NCBI RefSeq assembly: GCF_004010195.1
Contig: NW_025215304.1
Location: forward strand, 54,098 to 89,153
Source: Chiloscyllium plagiosum
Lineage: Eukaryota
DNA length: 35,056 bases
Reading direction: 5' to 3'
The notes under the pieces are model-generated. The model ran no database searches and was not told where the DNA came from. It was given only the letters and a program-made list of their open reading frames with translations. A program made the position numbers and the translations under genes. Shown here one piece after another: positions 1-9,714 of this stretch (positions are counted from its first letter, which is position 1; each line of letters begins with the position of its first letter).

Positions 1-115
1 ATTAGCAGAAATTAAGCCATTTATCGCATTGAATCTGCTCTGCCATTCAGTCATGGCTAATATTTTTCTTAACCCCATTCTCCCTGTAACCTTTGAGCCC
101 CTTGATACTCAAGAA
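1..115 (-). mobile_element. CR1-type LINE 3'-end fragment
   Basis: AGCAGAAATTAAGCCATT...GAATCTGCTCTGCCATTCAGTCATGGCT resembles the reverse complement of a CR1 3' terminus. The same motif class occurs at 34350-34410. Recognised by eye, boundaries approximate. Confidence 0.6.
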
Positions 116-168
116 TGAGTGAATGGTGGAGCAGACTCAATGGGCTGAATGGCCTAATTTCACTTCCT
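116..168 (+). mobile_element. CR1-type LINE 3' terminus (short fragment, opposite orientation to 1-115)
   Basis: GAATGGTGGAGCAGACTCAATGGGCTGAATGGCCTAATTTC is a CR1 3'-UTR-like end and an imperfect inverted copy of positions ~4-49. Confidence 0.6.
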
Positions 169-404
169 GTGGTGTCACAGTTTCTCGTCGGCCCTTTCGT
201 TTCTTGGTCCAGAAAGAGTTCTTGTTGACTCGTTAAGTTTGGGAAGCTCTGGAGTTTACAGGTGCACACCACTCTCCTCTCTGCCTCCTCCCAGAATAAT
301 GATTCCTCCTGAGATACTGGCAGTTCTTGAGATCTCTGGATATCACGGAATACATATCAGTGTGTCTGGAAGTCTCTGCTGCTACCCTGGAACAGAAGGA
401 TTAT

Positions 405-812
405 GGGGAGAAAATTCAGAAATCGGCAGAGCAAAGAGACTTGGGACTTCTAGCCCAGGATTCTCTCAAGGTAAACTTACAGGTTGAGTCAGTAGTTAGG
501 AAGGCAAATGCAACAATGGCATTTATTTTGACAGGACTTGAATATAAAAGCAGGGATGTACTTCTGAGTATCTATAAGGTTCCAGTCAGGCCACAATTGG
601 AGTACTGTACACAGTTTTGGGCCCCATAACACAGGAAGGATGTACTGGCCCTGGAACATGTTCAGAGGAGGTTGCTGTGAAAGGTCCCAGGATTGAAAAG
701 CTTAACATATGAAAAACATTTGAGGACTCTGGGTCTATACTCAATGGAGTTTAGAAAATGACAGGGGAACCAATTGAAACCTACAGCATACTGAACAGCT
801 GAGACAGAGTGT
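405..812 (+). mobile_element. CR1 LINE ORF2 (RT C-terminal region) degenerate fragment
   Basis: ORF 327-629 gives QRDLG...QVESVVRKANATMAFI...EYKSRDVLLSIYKVPVRPQLEYCTQFWAP, the typical CR1 ORF2 motif (RPHLEYCVQFWSP). The match continues past stops to about 812. Confidence 0.85.
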
Positions 813-816
813 CGAT

Positions 817-1052
817 ATGGGTTTCCTCCGGTTTCCTCTCACAATCCAAATGTGTAGGTTAGGGTGGAGTGGCTATGCTAAATTACCCCAATGCCCAGGG
901 ATTAGCAGGTTAAGTTGGATTGTCCGTGCTTAAATTGCCCCACAGTGTTCAGGAATGTGAAAGTTAGGTACATTAGTCAGGGGTAAATGTCGAGTAATAG
1001 GGGTAGGGAAATGGGTCTGCGTGGTTTATTCTTTAGATGTTTGGTGTTGTGC
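817..1052 (+). mobile_element. V-SINE (HE1-like), 5'-truncated, nested in CR1
   Basis: GGGTTTCCTCCGGTTTCCTCTCACAATCCAAATGTGTAGGTTAGGGTGGAGTGGCTATGCTAAATTACCC matches the V-domain pattern. The GCAGGTTAG...GCTAAATTGCCC unit is repeated internally. Confidence 0.7.
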
Positions 1053-1059
1053 CAGATAG

Positions 1060-1370
1060 TCTGTTAGATAGCCAGAGGCTTCCCCCCCGCCACCAGGGTG
1101 GAAAAGTCAACTACAACAGGGCACAAGTTCAAGGCGAGAGACAAGGGACAGTCTGGGGGAGAATTGAAAGGGAAGAGTTTTCACACAGTTGGATGGTAGA
1201 TGCCTGGAATGCATTGCCTGTGGACGTAGTGGTAAGAGGCACCTTAGCAACACTTAAGGTGTATCTGGATAGACAAATGAATGGGAGGTGAATACAGAGA
1301 CAGAAAACACGCATTGGCAATAAATAGCAGGTCTACGTTAGGATAAAGTTTGGCACAGGCTTGGGCAGGG
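1060..1370 (+). mobile_element. CR1 LINE ORF2 C-terminus and 3' UTR fragment
   Basis: ORF 1037-1291 contains FSHSWMVDAWNALPVDVV...TLATLKVYLDRQM, corresponding to the CR1 FxxRVVxxWNxLP...FKxxLD terminal motif. Confidence 0.8.
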
Positions 1371-1751
1371 AGGGGGTAGGGGGTAAAGTGAACTTTCAAA
1401 CTGCAGGGGATACCTGTATGCTGATGAAGGGGTGAGTGGAGGCTCAGGTGGAGCATAAACACTACCAGAGGCCAATTGGATCGACTGTGCTGGAGACTCA
1501 ATGGGACAGAGACAAATGTATCTATTTCAGATCTACCTGCACTTCAGCCGCTTCTGTGGACTGTTTCCGTAGGGAAGGTGCAATCCCAGGCTCAGAGAGC
1601 ATCAGCCCCCACTGGAAGTAAAGTGGGTGAGAGAGCGGCCAGTCAGCATAAAGGAACCCCTTATCCCTCACACTTTACCCACTAAACAAGGTTCAAGATG
1701 TGACTCTCAGCAGCGGTAACAGCAGTCTCCAACCCGAATCCCTGCACCATC

Positions 1752-2244
1752 TCACTTGTGAAATTGCTGGTGTCTCCACAAGTTGCACGACTGGGTGAAG
1801 CCCTTCCCACACACTGGACAGGTGAACGGCCGCTCCTTGGTGTTTGCGCAGGGTGGAGGAATCGGAGAAGTCATTGCTCCACATGGGACAGGTGAACGGC
1901 TTCTCCCCAGTGTGGACGCGGAAGCTGAGCAGCAGTTGATACGACTGGGTGTAGCCCTTCCCGTACACGGAGCAGGAAAACGGTTTCTCCACGGTGTGCA
2001 TCCGCTGGTGCGGCAGCAGGTGGTGTGACTGACTGAAGCCCTGCCCACACACGGGGCAGATGAACGGGTTCTTGCTGCTGTGGACCCACTGGTGGGCCAG
2101 GAGGTGGTGTAACTGAGTGAAGCCTTTCCTGCACTGAGTGCAGGTGAACAGCCGCTGCCCGGTGTGCAAACGCCAATGACTCTCCAGCACAGATGGCGAA
2201 GGGAAACCATTCCCACACTCCCCACATTTCCACGGTTTCTCCAT
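1752..2244 (-). pseudogene. C2H2 (Kruppel-type) zinc-finger gene, six fingers, frameshifted and degenerate
   Basis: ATG at 2244 starts [14 protein letters not shown]...HWRLH, followed by tandem CxxC-x12-HxxxH fingers with TGEKP-like linkers. Finger 4 has C>Y and H>S, and finger 5 has C>W. After RKHQ the frame shifts, and the last finger [27 protein letters not shown] lies in the other frame (ORF 1752-2225). Confidence 0.85.
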
Positions 2245-2909
2245 GGTGCAGGTGCCGTCGTCTGTCTCAGACCTTAACAATCAGTTGAAAATTCGCTCAC
2301 GCTTACAGCATGTGTGTGGTGTTACTGGTGAACCCTCTGATAATTGGAACACTCTCATTCAGTCTGTAAAGCTTGTTCCAGTCACTACTCTGGTGTGTGG
2401 GTATGTGAGAGTCTTAGAGTTTCCAGTCACACTGACGTTTAAAACCTAACTAAGCAGACAGACCTTCTCCCCTTTGTTTTCAAGGCCATCAATATCCACG
2501 GCCTCGTGAAACAAGTGACCGTCAGACTTTGATGTGATGTTTGGTCTGAGATTTCTGCCGCCAAATTCTTCTCTTGTAATATTCCTGTGAAGTGATTGCA
2601 AAGGTCATCACAGTCAGTCCACGATAGAAAATCTGAACGTAATTCTAGTTACTGTGGAACATTCTTTCCTCTCAATCCCAAAGATCTTTGTGTAGATCTA
2701 TATGTAACTGTAAACCAACAGGTTTATGGGGCAGACTGCATACCTCCACAAAGAGTTCACATGGACTCAAGTTGCTGAATGGACTTCTGTAGTGCAGTAT
2801 TGACACTCTTACTGAAGATCTATATATGCTGCAGTTCGATATTACAAGCCCAGAAACAATTGCAAATCGGACAAGGTCTTTTCAGAAGTTGGACCATGAG
2901 CTTCTGAAG

Positions 2910-2939
2910 CTGCTGCTGCTCTTCCTCTCTCTCTCTCTC
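2910..2939. repeat. short compound microsatellite (CTG)n + (CT)n
   Basis: ctgctgctgctcttcctctctctctctctc read directly. Confidence 0.6.
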
Positions 2940-3138
2940 ACGCAATGAAGATTGATCTTCACCCAGACTAGAACTTCTTTCCTCTGTCCAAATATTTGTG
3001 AACGCTGCCCTTTTTTTGAAGGATGGCATGTTTCCTGATCATCACAATTAAAGGGGTGTCTTCCCCCGGTTTTGCAAAGGGACAGTAAGTCAGGGGAGGG
3101 CAGGGTCACGTCTCGTGTTGTTGTGTGGAATCTGTGAC

Positions 3139-3278
3139 AGCTGCAACAATTCATCCCAACTCCTGTACTCAGTGCTCTGACTGATGAAAGCAAGCATGCC
3201 GAAAGTCTTCTTCACCGCCCTGTCCACCCATGACTCCACTTTCTCGGAGCTATGAACCTGCACCCCTACATTTCTCGG
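3139..3278 (-). mobile_element. CR1 LINE ORF2 fragment
   Basis: ORF 3090-3320(-): RNVGVQVHSSEKVESWVDRAVKKTFGMLAFISQSTEYRSWDELLQL, corresponding to CR1 RDLGVxVH...KKAxGMLAFI...EYRS. Confidence 0.8.
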
Positions 3279-3314
3279 TTTGAAATACTGCATATGAAAC
3301 TGATTTGATGCTGA

Positions 3315-3545
3315 TCTCAACTCTAATTCGGTATTTTATACTGAATGCCATGACTGATGAAGGCCAGTGTGCCAAAACATTTCTACCTGTGACTCAATTT
3401 TCAGAGAACTGTGAACCTGTACTCCAAGATCCCTCTGTTCCACTACACTCCTTAAGGTCCTGCCATTCACCATGAATTTCCTACTTTGATTTTACTATAC
3501 AAAATGTAAGACCTCGCACTTATCTATATTAAATTCCATTTGCCA
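3315..3545 (-). mobile_element. second CR1 ORF2 fragment covering an overlapping part of the element
   Basis: TGACTGATGAAGGCCAGTGTGCCAAAA...GAACCTGTACTCCAAGATCCCTCTG parallels 3178-3275 and extends to AAATTCCATTTGCCA (WQMEF on the minus strand). Confidence 0.7.
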
Positions 3546-3800
3546 TTAACCTTAAACCTATGCCCGCTAATTTTGGACTCCCCCACCCCAAGGGAGAAGA
3601 CCTTGCCTATTTACCCTGCCCATGTCCCTCATGATTTTATAAATGTCTTTTATGTCACCCCTCAGCCTCCAAAGCTCCAGGGAACATACCTCCAATCTAT
3701 TCAACCTCTTCCTGCAGCTCAAACCCTCCAACCCTGGCAGCATCCTTGTAAATGTTTTCTGAACCCTTTCAAGTTTCACAACACCTTTCCTGTAGCAGAA
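3546..3800 (-). mobile_element. CR1 LINE ORF2 fragment
   Basis: ORF 3567-3779(-): LERVQKTFTRMLPGLEGLSCRKRLNRLEVCSLELWRLRGDIKDIYKIMR, the canonical CR1 LERVQRR...RRLRGDLIEVYKI segment. Confidence 0.85.
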
Positions 3801-3979
3801 AGCACAGAAATTGCATGCAGCATTGCAACAATGATGGAACTAATGTCCTCTCTGAAGAGGATTTTAAAACAATATTTATAACTACAAGCAAATCAGGTTA
3901 GTTGGGCATGACTTTCCATAGCAGTTTGTTTTAGTTGTCCTTCATTAACCTGTGCATTAAAATATATTAAAAATATTTT

Positions 3980-4540
3980 GAGGGATGGGATTGTTGCTAG
4001 CACGTCCAACATTTGCTCCCCATCCCTCATGGCCTTTGGTCTGAGCAATTGGCTACATGCTAGAAGGCAGTTGAGAGTCAACCACATTGTAGTGGGTCTG
4101 GAGTCACGTGGTGTGAGCGTGTGCACGCGTGTGTCGGGTTGTGAGTGGTAGATTTCCCTCCCTAAAAGAACACTTTCAAAACACTCTGTAATGATTGGAC
4201 AAAAACAACAGTTCTGGCAGCATCTATGAGGAGACGACAGTGTTACTGTTTTGAGTCCGGAGGCCCTTCAAAATTAGGCTGGATTCAAAACATTAACTGT
4301 TTTCTTTCCACAGATGCTGCCAGACCTGCTGCATTTCCCCAGCAATTGTGCCTTTAGTTGTTGATCTCCAACAGCTGCAATTCATTGTCTTAGCCAATAA
4401 TGGTTTCCTGGTTGCCAGTACAGAGACAAACTCTCACTTCCAGATCTTTTTATTCGTTGAAAATAAAGTCCACTAGCATCCATGATGGGATCTTAATTTT
4501 TGTTCTCAGAAGACCGAGATCTCTGGGCTACTTAACCAGT
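3980..4540 (-). mobile_element. degenerate SINE-like interspersed repeat, interrupted by a foldback element at ~4200-4390
   Basis: GGCAGTTGAGAGTCAACCACATTGTAGTGGGTCTGGAGTCAC...AGATTTCCCTCCCTAAAAG is homologous to 4668-4756 in this window. Orientation and the SINE assignment rest on recalled similarity only. Confidence 0.45.
4206..4345. mobile_element. foldback (long inverted-repeat) element, possibly Penelope-like-derived
   Basis: Left arm 4206-4258 CAACAGTTCTGGCAGCATCTATGAGG...TGTTTTGAGTCC pairs with right arm 4281-4331 GGATTCAAAACA...TCCACAGATGCTGCCAGACCTGCTG. Family assignment is inference. Confidence 0.65.
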
Positions 4541-4611
4541 ATCACGAGATCACAATCTTCCCTTCACTGACAGTGACATTGACAATCTTGTCCTGAATAT
4601 TTTTCATTATT

Positions 4612-4927
4612 CATTCATGGAATGTGACACTTCGTGTCCCAAAAAATAACCAAGTGCCAATTCAGAGGGCAGTTAAGAGTCAACCACATGACTTTGGATC
4701 AAGAGTGGCACATTCACCAAACTGGGAAAGGACTGAAGATTTCCTTCCTTAAAAAAAGGTTATTAGTGAACAAGATAGGTACTTATGACAATTGATAAGA
4801 TCACCAAAGCAGCGATAAGTTAATATTCCAGATACATAAATTGATTTCAAATTGCATCGGGGCCATAGCAGCATCAATTTGAAACTCCAGATGTTAAATC
4901 CAGTAACAATGCCCAAATGCCACCAAC
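4612..4927 (-). mobile_element. second copy of the SINE-like repeat at 3980-4540
   Basis: GGGCAGTTAAGAGTCAACCACATGACTTTGGATCAAGAGT...AGATTTCCTTCCTTAAAA...ATTAGTGAACAAGAT. It runs up to the gap. Confidence 0.5.
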
Positions 4928-5824
4928 NNNNNNNNNNNNNNNNNNNNNNNNNNNNNNNNNNNNNNNNNNNNNNNNNNNNNNNNNNNNNNNNNNNNNNNNN
5001 NNNNNNNNNNNNNNNNNNNNNNNNNNNNNNNNNNNNNNNNNNNNNNNNNNNNNNNNNNNNNNNNNNNNNNNNNNNNNNNNNNNNNNNNNNNNNNNNNNNN
5101 NNNNNNNNNNNNNNNNNNNNNNNNNNNNNNNNNNNNNNNNNNNNNNNNNNNNNNNNNNNNNNNNNNNNNNNNNNNNNNNNNNNNNNNNNNNNNNNNNNNN
5201 NNNNNNNNNNNNNNNNNNNNNNNNNNNNNNNNNNNNNNNNNNNNNNNNNNNNNNNNNNNNNNNNNNNNNNNNNNNNNNNNNNNNNNNNNNNNNNNNNNNN
5301 NNNNNNNNNNNNNNNNNNNNNNNNNNNNNNNNNNNNNNNNNNNNNNNNNNNNNNNNNNNNNNNNNNNNNNNNNNNNNNNNNNNNNNNNNNNNNNNNNNNN
5401 NNNNNNNNNNNNNNNNNNNNNNNNNNNNNNNNNNNNNNNNNNNNNNNNNNNNNNNNNNNNNNNNNNNNNNNNNNNNNNNNNNNNNNNNNNNNNNNNNNNN
5501 NNNNNNNNNNNNNNNNNNNNNNNNNNNNNNNNNNNNNNNNNNNNNNNNNNNNNNNNNNNNNNNNNNNNNNNNNNNNNNNNNNNNNNNNNNNNNNNNNNNN
5601 NNNNNNNNNNNNNNNNNNNNNNNNNNNNNNNNNNNNNNNNNNNNNNNNNNNNNNNNNNNNNNNNNNNNNNNNNNNNNNNNNNNNNNNNNNNNNNNNNNNN
5701 NNNNNNNNNNNNNNNNNNNNNNNNNNNNNNNNNNNNNNNNNNNNNNNNNNNNNNNNNNNNNNNNNNNNNNNNNNNNNNNNNNNNNNNNNNNNNNNNNNNN
5801 NNNNNNNNNNNNNNNNNNNNNNNN
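4928..5824. other. assembly gap (897 N)
   Basis: Run of N from 4928 to 5824. Confidence 1.
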
Positions 5825-6275
5825 AAAAGGCCAACCTCCCATTTGCCTCCCTATTACTCACTGAAATTGGATGAAGAGATTCGTGGACGTGATTCCAAAT
5901 CCCTCTATTCTAAAGCTTTCTCCATTAATATTCATTTCTTCACCTCCTGACAAACTGTATTACCTCATTTTCCCATCTGCCAAGCTTTCGCTCATTTGCT
6001 TAACCTGTCTATATCCCTCTCCAGATATCTAATGTCATCCTCATCACCTGCTTTCACATCAACTGTCTCTTCTACAAATTTAGCAATAGTACCTTCACTT
6101 TACTTATCCAAGTAATTCGTATATATATTGTAAATAATGTTGGCCCCAGTGCTGATTCCTGTGGTACACCACTAGTTACAAGTTGTCATCCTGAACATGT
6201 CCCTTACCACAACTGTGGTAGTTAGCCAATCCTCTATCCATGCTAACATACAGCCTCCCAACACTGTGGGCTCTT
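5825..6275 (-). mobile_element. CR1 LINE ORF2 reverse-transcriptase core fragment, degenerate
   Basis: The minus strand of ~6120-6176 translates TSGVPQESALGPTLFTIYI (RT motif GVPQGSVLGPxLFxIYI). Downstream KFVEET is a decayed KFADDT, and upstream is MLAWIEDWLT. Confidence 0.85.
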
Positions 6276-6282
6276 TGCTTAC

Positions 6283-6530
6283 TATTTCATGAGATGTGAA
6301 TATCATTGGCTGTGCCAACAACTCTTCCCAAACTGACCTTGAAAATGTGGTGCTGATCTGCTTCTTAAATTGCTTCACAAATATGATGTGGTCTGCAACA
6401 ATGTTCAGGAGTGATTTCCAGCATTTTGGTCAATAACAAAGAAACAATGCGATATATCTTGCAGTCGGAATCCTGTGTTCACACTTGTTTGTTCTTGGTG
6501 GTTGAGGTCATGACTTGGAAGGTGCTTTTG
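6283..6530 (-). mobile_element. degenerate LINE-like interspersed repeat fragment
   Basis: Begins TTCATGAGATGTGAA, similar to TTCATGGAATGTGAC at 4615 and GAGGGATGGGA at 3980. The family is not determined. Confidence 0.35.
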
Positions 6531-7445
6531 AAGAACCACCACTTATGCAATCAAGCCAGACTGATAGATTGTGGCCCGAGACTCTGCCATTTTCACTTCC
6601 CTCATCAATCTACATTCTTTCCAGCGAAGTTTCAGTCTCAAACCGCCACGCAATGCCATCTGTTACGGCTTAAAAGATAAGAATACACATGATTACCAAC
6701 CGTATTTTGGGTTGTATAAATCTTTGCCTGCCAGAATTATTTTCCAAAAGACTTTACTTAAACTGGGTGACTGCATGAAATGGTTTGTTGGTCAGACTAT
6801 AATCATCATCCTCAAAGGAGACAATGCCAGTAATACCATTGAACTCGTCTTTTTGTGTAAAAAGCACAAGTTCTTGATTTACTTTTACAATTTACTGGCA
6901 TTCACACCTGCACATTCAATGTCAAACTCAGACAACAAAAATGAAATTACACCATTAATTTTGTTTTGCAACAATCCAACAGATTAATTAATAATACACA
7001 GTGAATACCAAGGCTGATTAATGTGAAATTAAATTTGACTGAAAATGTAAAATCGAGATGTGAGATAACAAATGGGGGAAGGGCGGAAGGCAAGAAATGC
7101 AGCATAATAGAAGGTGCTCCTCCAGGGAGTGTATTTTACCAACTACAAATGCTAAATATAAACAAACACTCTGACCTGATCCTCCGGTTTTAATGTAAAC
7201 CATACTCCCATACAGTCGGTACCATTTAAATAAGTTAATAGATACAAGCCTTGAGCAAATCCAGCCTCCAGCCGGGCCCCCCGCTTCTTGGAGCTCGGAG
7301 AGGGGTTCCCACTCCTTCATTCAACAGGAGGCGGCTCAATTTATTGTAATGGGCACGGAGGGTACAATGGTCGTGTCTCATGTTGAGGAGGAAGCTGTTT
7401 CCTCTCATTCAACAGAAGAGGACCTATTTACTAGAGTTTTTTTTT

Positions 7446-7525
7446 GTGGTGCAGCTGTCGTCTCCCATAGAGCCCTGAGGCTCAGGTTCAAATCCTACTG
7501 CTCCAGTGTGTGTAATAACATTACT
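7446..7525 (+). mobile_element. tRNA-derived SINE head, degenerate
   Basis: A-box-like TGGTGCAGCTG and B-box GGTTCAAATCC (~7485-7495), with no cloverleaf. Confidence 0.45.
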
Positions 7526-7831
7526 GCCCAAGCCACGTGCCAATTGGCACAGGGATAAGAAAATTACGGAAGTAAACGCGTCAACCTGTTCAATGCTATC
7601 TCCAATCATTTCACTTCCTGTCCCATTCGTACTCCAGGGAGCCCAGCCTCGTTTCACGAAGGTTCTTTTTGAGAAGTTTAATCGGACATTTTTGCACAAG
7701 TCAAGTTAAGAAAGCCGGGATCTCTCGCAAGATTGCGCGGTAGACAACAATTGTAATTCTCGGCGGGGAGGCTGAATTATGAATTTACTAATAGTCTCGC
7801 CTAACCGATGGCGCAGACCGCGCCCGTGCCT

Positions 7832-7905
7832 GTCTCTGTGGCACAATTGGTCAGCGCGTTCGCCTGTTAATCGAAAGGTTGGTGGTTCGAGCCCACCCAG
7901 GGGCG
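7832..7905 (+). tRNA. tRNA-Asn(GTT), near-intact (possible young pseudogene)
   Basis: GTCTCTG TG GCAC AATTGGTCA GCGC G TTCGC CTGTTAA TCGAA AGGTT GGTGG TTCGAGC CCACC CAGGGGC G, 74 nt. The T-arm and B-box are intact and the anticodon is GTT. There is an A:C mismatch in the D-stem, a C:T mismatch at the base of the anticodon stem and an extra G:U in the acceptor. Confidence 0.9.
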
Positions 7906-7944
7906 GTGTGTTCGCTGTTCTTCCTTAGCTCCGAAGCTGAACGC

Positions 7945-7948
7945 TTTT
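7945..7948 (+). terminator. putative Pol III terminator (T4) for tRNA-Asn
   Basis: First TTTT run, 40 nt downstream of the tRNA. Confidence 0.45.
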
Positions 7949-8030
7949 AATGGGGTCAGGAAAATGTTCCCCAAACGGAAATCCTCTCCATGAAGGGGTT
8001 TCTGAATTGAATTAATGTCGAACTTCAGGG

Positions 8031-8188
8031 ACTACGGATGCTGAGAAGCCGAGACAAAAAGAGAAACTCGGCAGGTTTGACAGTACATGTCGGAGAAAAC
8101 AGAATTTTGAAATGTTATCTCTGATTCTCTTTCCACAGATGTTGCCTGACCTGCTGAGTTCCTCCTGCAATTTCTCATTTTGTTTTTT
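8031..8188. mobile_element. foldback element, second copy
   Basis: GAGAAACTCGGCAGGTTTGACAG...AAACAGAATT pairs imperfectly with TCTGATTCTCTTTCCACAGATGTTGCCTGACCTGCTGAGTTCCTC. The right arm is homologous to 4300-4345. Confidence 0.65.
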
Positions 8189-8362
8189 ACGGAAATTTCA
8201 TTTCATCTTTTGGGATGAAACACCAAGACTCGCCATGTGCAGATATTTGACCCTTTCGAATCACTGTGAAGTGATTGGATTCAAACAAACTCTGCGATGA
8301 TTCACTCTTTCCCAGCTCCACAGGCAGACAGACCTGGGAAGTGAAGTTGTCAGTGTGGTTCT

Positions 8363-8445
8363 GTATTCGTCGGCCGAGTGGTTAATGCGATGGACTTGAA
8401 ATCCATTGCGGTTTCCCCACGCAGGTGTGAACCCTGCCGACTACA
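8363..8445 (+). pseudogene. tRNA-Ser(TGA) pseudogene
   Basis: GTATTCGTCGGCCGAGTGGTTAATGCG ATGGA CTTGAAA TCCAT TGCGGTTTCCCCAC GCAGG TGTGAAC CCTGC CGACTAC A. The anticodon arm is perfect (TGA) and a long variable arm is present. TTCGA is mutated to TGTGA, there is a 1-nt insertion, and the acceptor and D-stems carry mismatches. Confidence 0.85.
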
Positions 8446-8866
8446 AAATGAGAAATGTCGTCGAAAAGAAAGGGAGCTTGCTCCCCGGCTTCTTCTTTAA
8501 GATTCAAATCAGTGGAGGGGGAAAAGTATTTCACTCACATTGGGACTGGTGGGAATCTGCAACCCACTGCCTGTTCGGGTGGAACAAGCAGATACCCGCA
8601 CAGCTTCGTTTGAGGCTATGAGCAAAGTGTTTGGAAATGAGACTAGAACAGTGAGAGGCTTGAAATCGGGATCGAAATGAAGCAGGCACCTGAGGACAAG
8701 GGTGTTTCCTTTGCCAGTGAAAGATACTGCTTCACAAAGTTGGGCCTGTGGAAGGGAATCAGTGACGGTGATTATCTTTGGTTGTTCACCATGTGAAGGT
8801 TCCCATTGCTGCGCATGTCCGTGTTAACGTCAGAACTCTGCAGCATGGTGGCGTTAGATACGCACA

Positions 8867-8898
8867 GGGCCGGTGCGCAATGGATGACGCATCTGACT
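8867..8898 (+). pseudogene. 5' half of a tRNA-Arg (ACG-family-like), truncated at the anticodon
   Basis: GGGCCGGTG-CGCAATGGATGACGCATCTGACT versus vertebrate tRNA-Arg(ACG) GGGCCAGTGGCGCAATGGATAACGCGTCTGACT (recalled). Similarity stops at the anticodon. Confidence 0.7.
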
Positions 8899-9714
8899 CC
8901 ACCTACCTGTTTGAAATGCAGCTCACAGCTTCTTCACACAGACCAATTAATCTTTCACATTGTCCTGAAGCCGGCATACGGTTTGAATTCCCGATCTGCG
9001 GGAATGGCAATCTTTTCACTTTCTCGCGTCAGTCAATGACCCTGAGAACATCGGAGTCAAGTCACAGCGTTGTCAGAGGAGGGGAAGCTGAAATAGCCCC
9101 ACACGCTTCTCACGGGCACATTTTACTATCCCCAACTCAACGCCTCAACCACTGCAGCTCCTGGGAGTGGAAAGGAAACAATCACCAAAACCCAGTCTTA
9201 GCTTTGTGAATCTTCAGAAAATCAGCAAACGTTCATCTCTTCGTATTTTCTATCCTGGGCTGAGAGGGAAGGGTTTTGTCACTCTTTTTCGGACATTGCA
9301 AGTGGATGTTTTGCAGAAAAGCACCACAATGCAATCTGATTAATCAGGACCTGGATATTTTCGGTCTTTGAATGTAAGTGTTGTGCTCAAGAACTTTGTT
9401 GTTCACAGTTTATAATACTTATCTTCCCAGTCCACTTTATCACTTATCGAAAATGTTTAATTTGCGTCTTGTAATCCTTTCACTGTCTGCTAATGAGGAT
9501 AGCGTTTCCGTGTTTTACCTAAATTATCTTGACCTTGCATACCTCAAGCCTCAAGCTAATTTCACGAGAAACCTTCTCCAGTTCAAAAGCCAACTGTTAA
9601 TGATGGCTCTGTTTCTTGTCACGTATCCAATTTCAGATCGATGTTGTTAATGTCCCTTTTATTCCTTCAGATCCAGGTTTCGCTCACAGGGCTAGAACAG
9701 AACTGTGACCAAAT

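Noticed and set aside
4749..5874. 315-370 aa ORFs spanning 4.7-5.9 kb
   Set aside because: They consist almost entirely of X translated from the N gap.
7537..7550. Perfect 14-bp palindrome GTGCCAATTGGCAC
   Set aside because: Single occurrence with no supporting context, plausible by chance in ~11 kb.
8950..9016. Possible tRNA-Glu-like remnant (TTTCACATTGTCCT...GGTTTGAATTCCCGATCTGCGGGAA, then TTTT)
   Set aside because: There is only loose resemblance at both ends, it is too short, and it has no anticodon arm, so it cannot be distinguished from chance.
6411..9650. Short ORFs (6571-6987, 7018-7320, 8778-9209, 9378-9650 and others)
   Set aside because: No recognisable motifs, mostly non-ATG starts, and several overlap tRNA or TE remnants.
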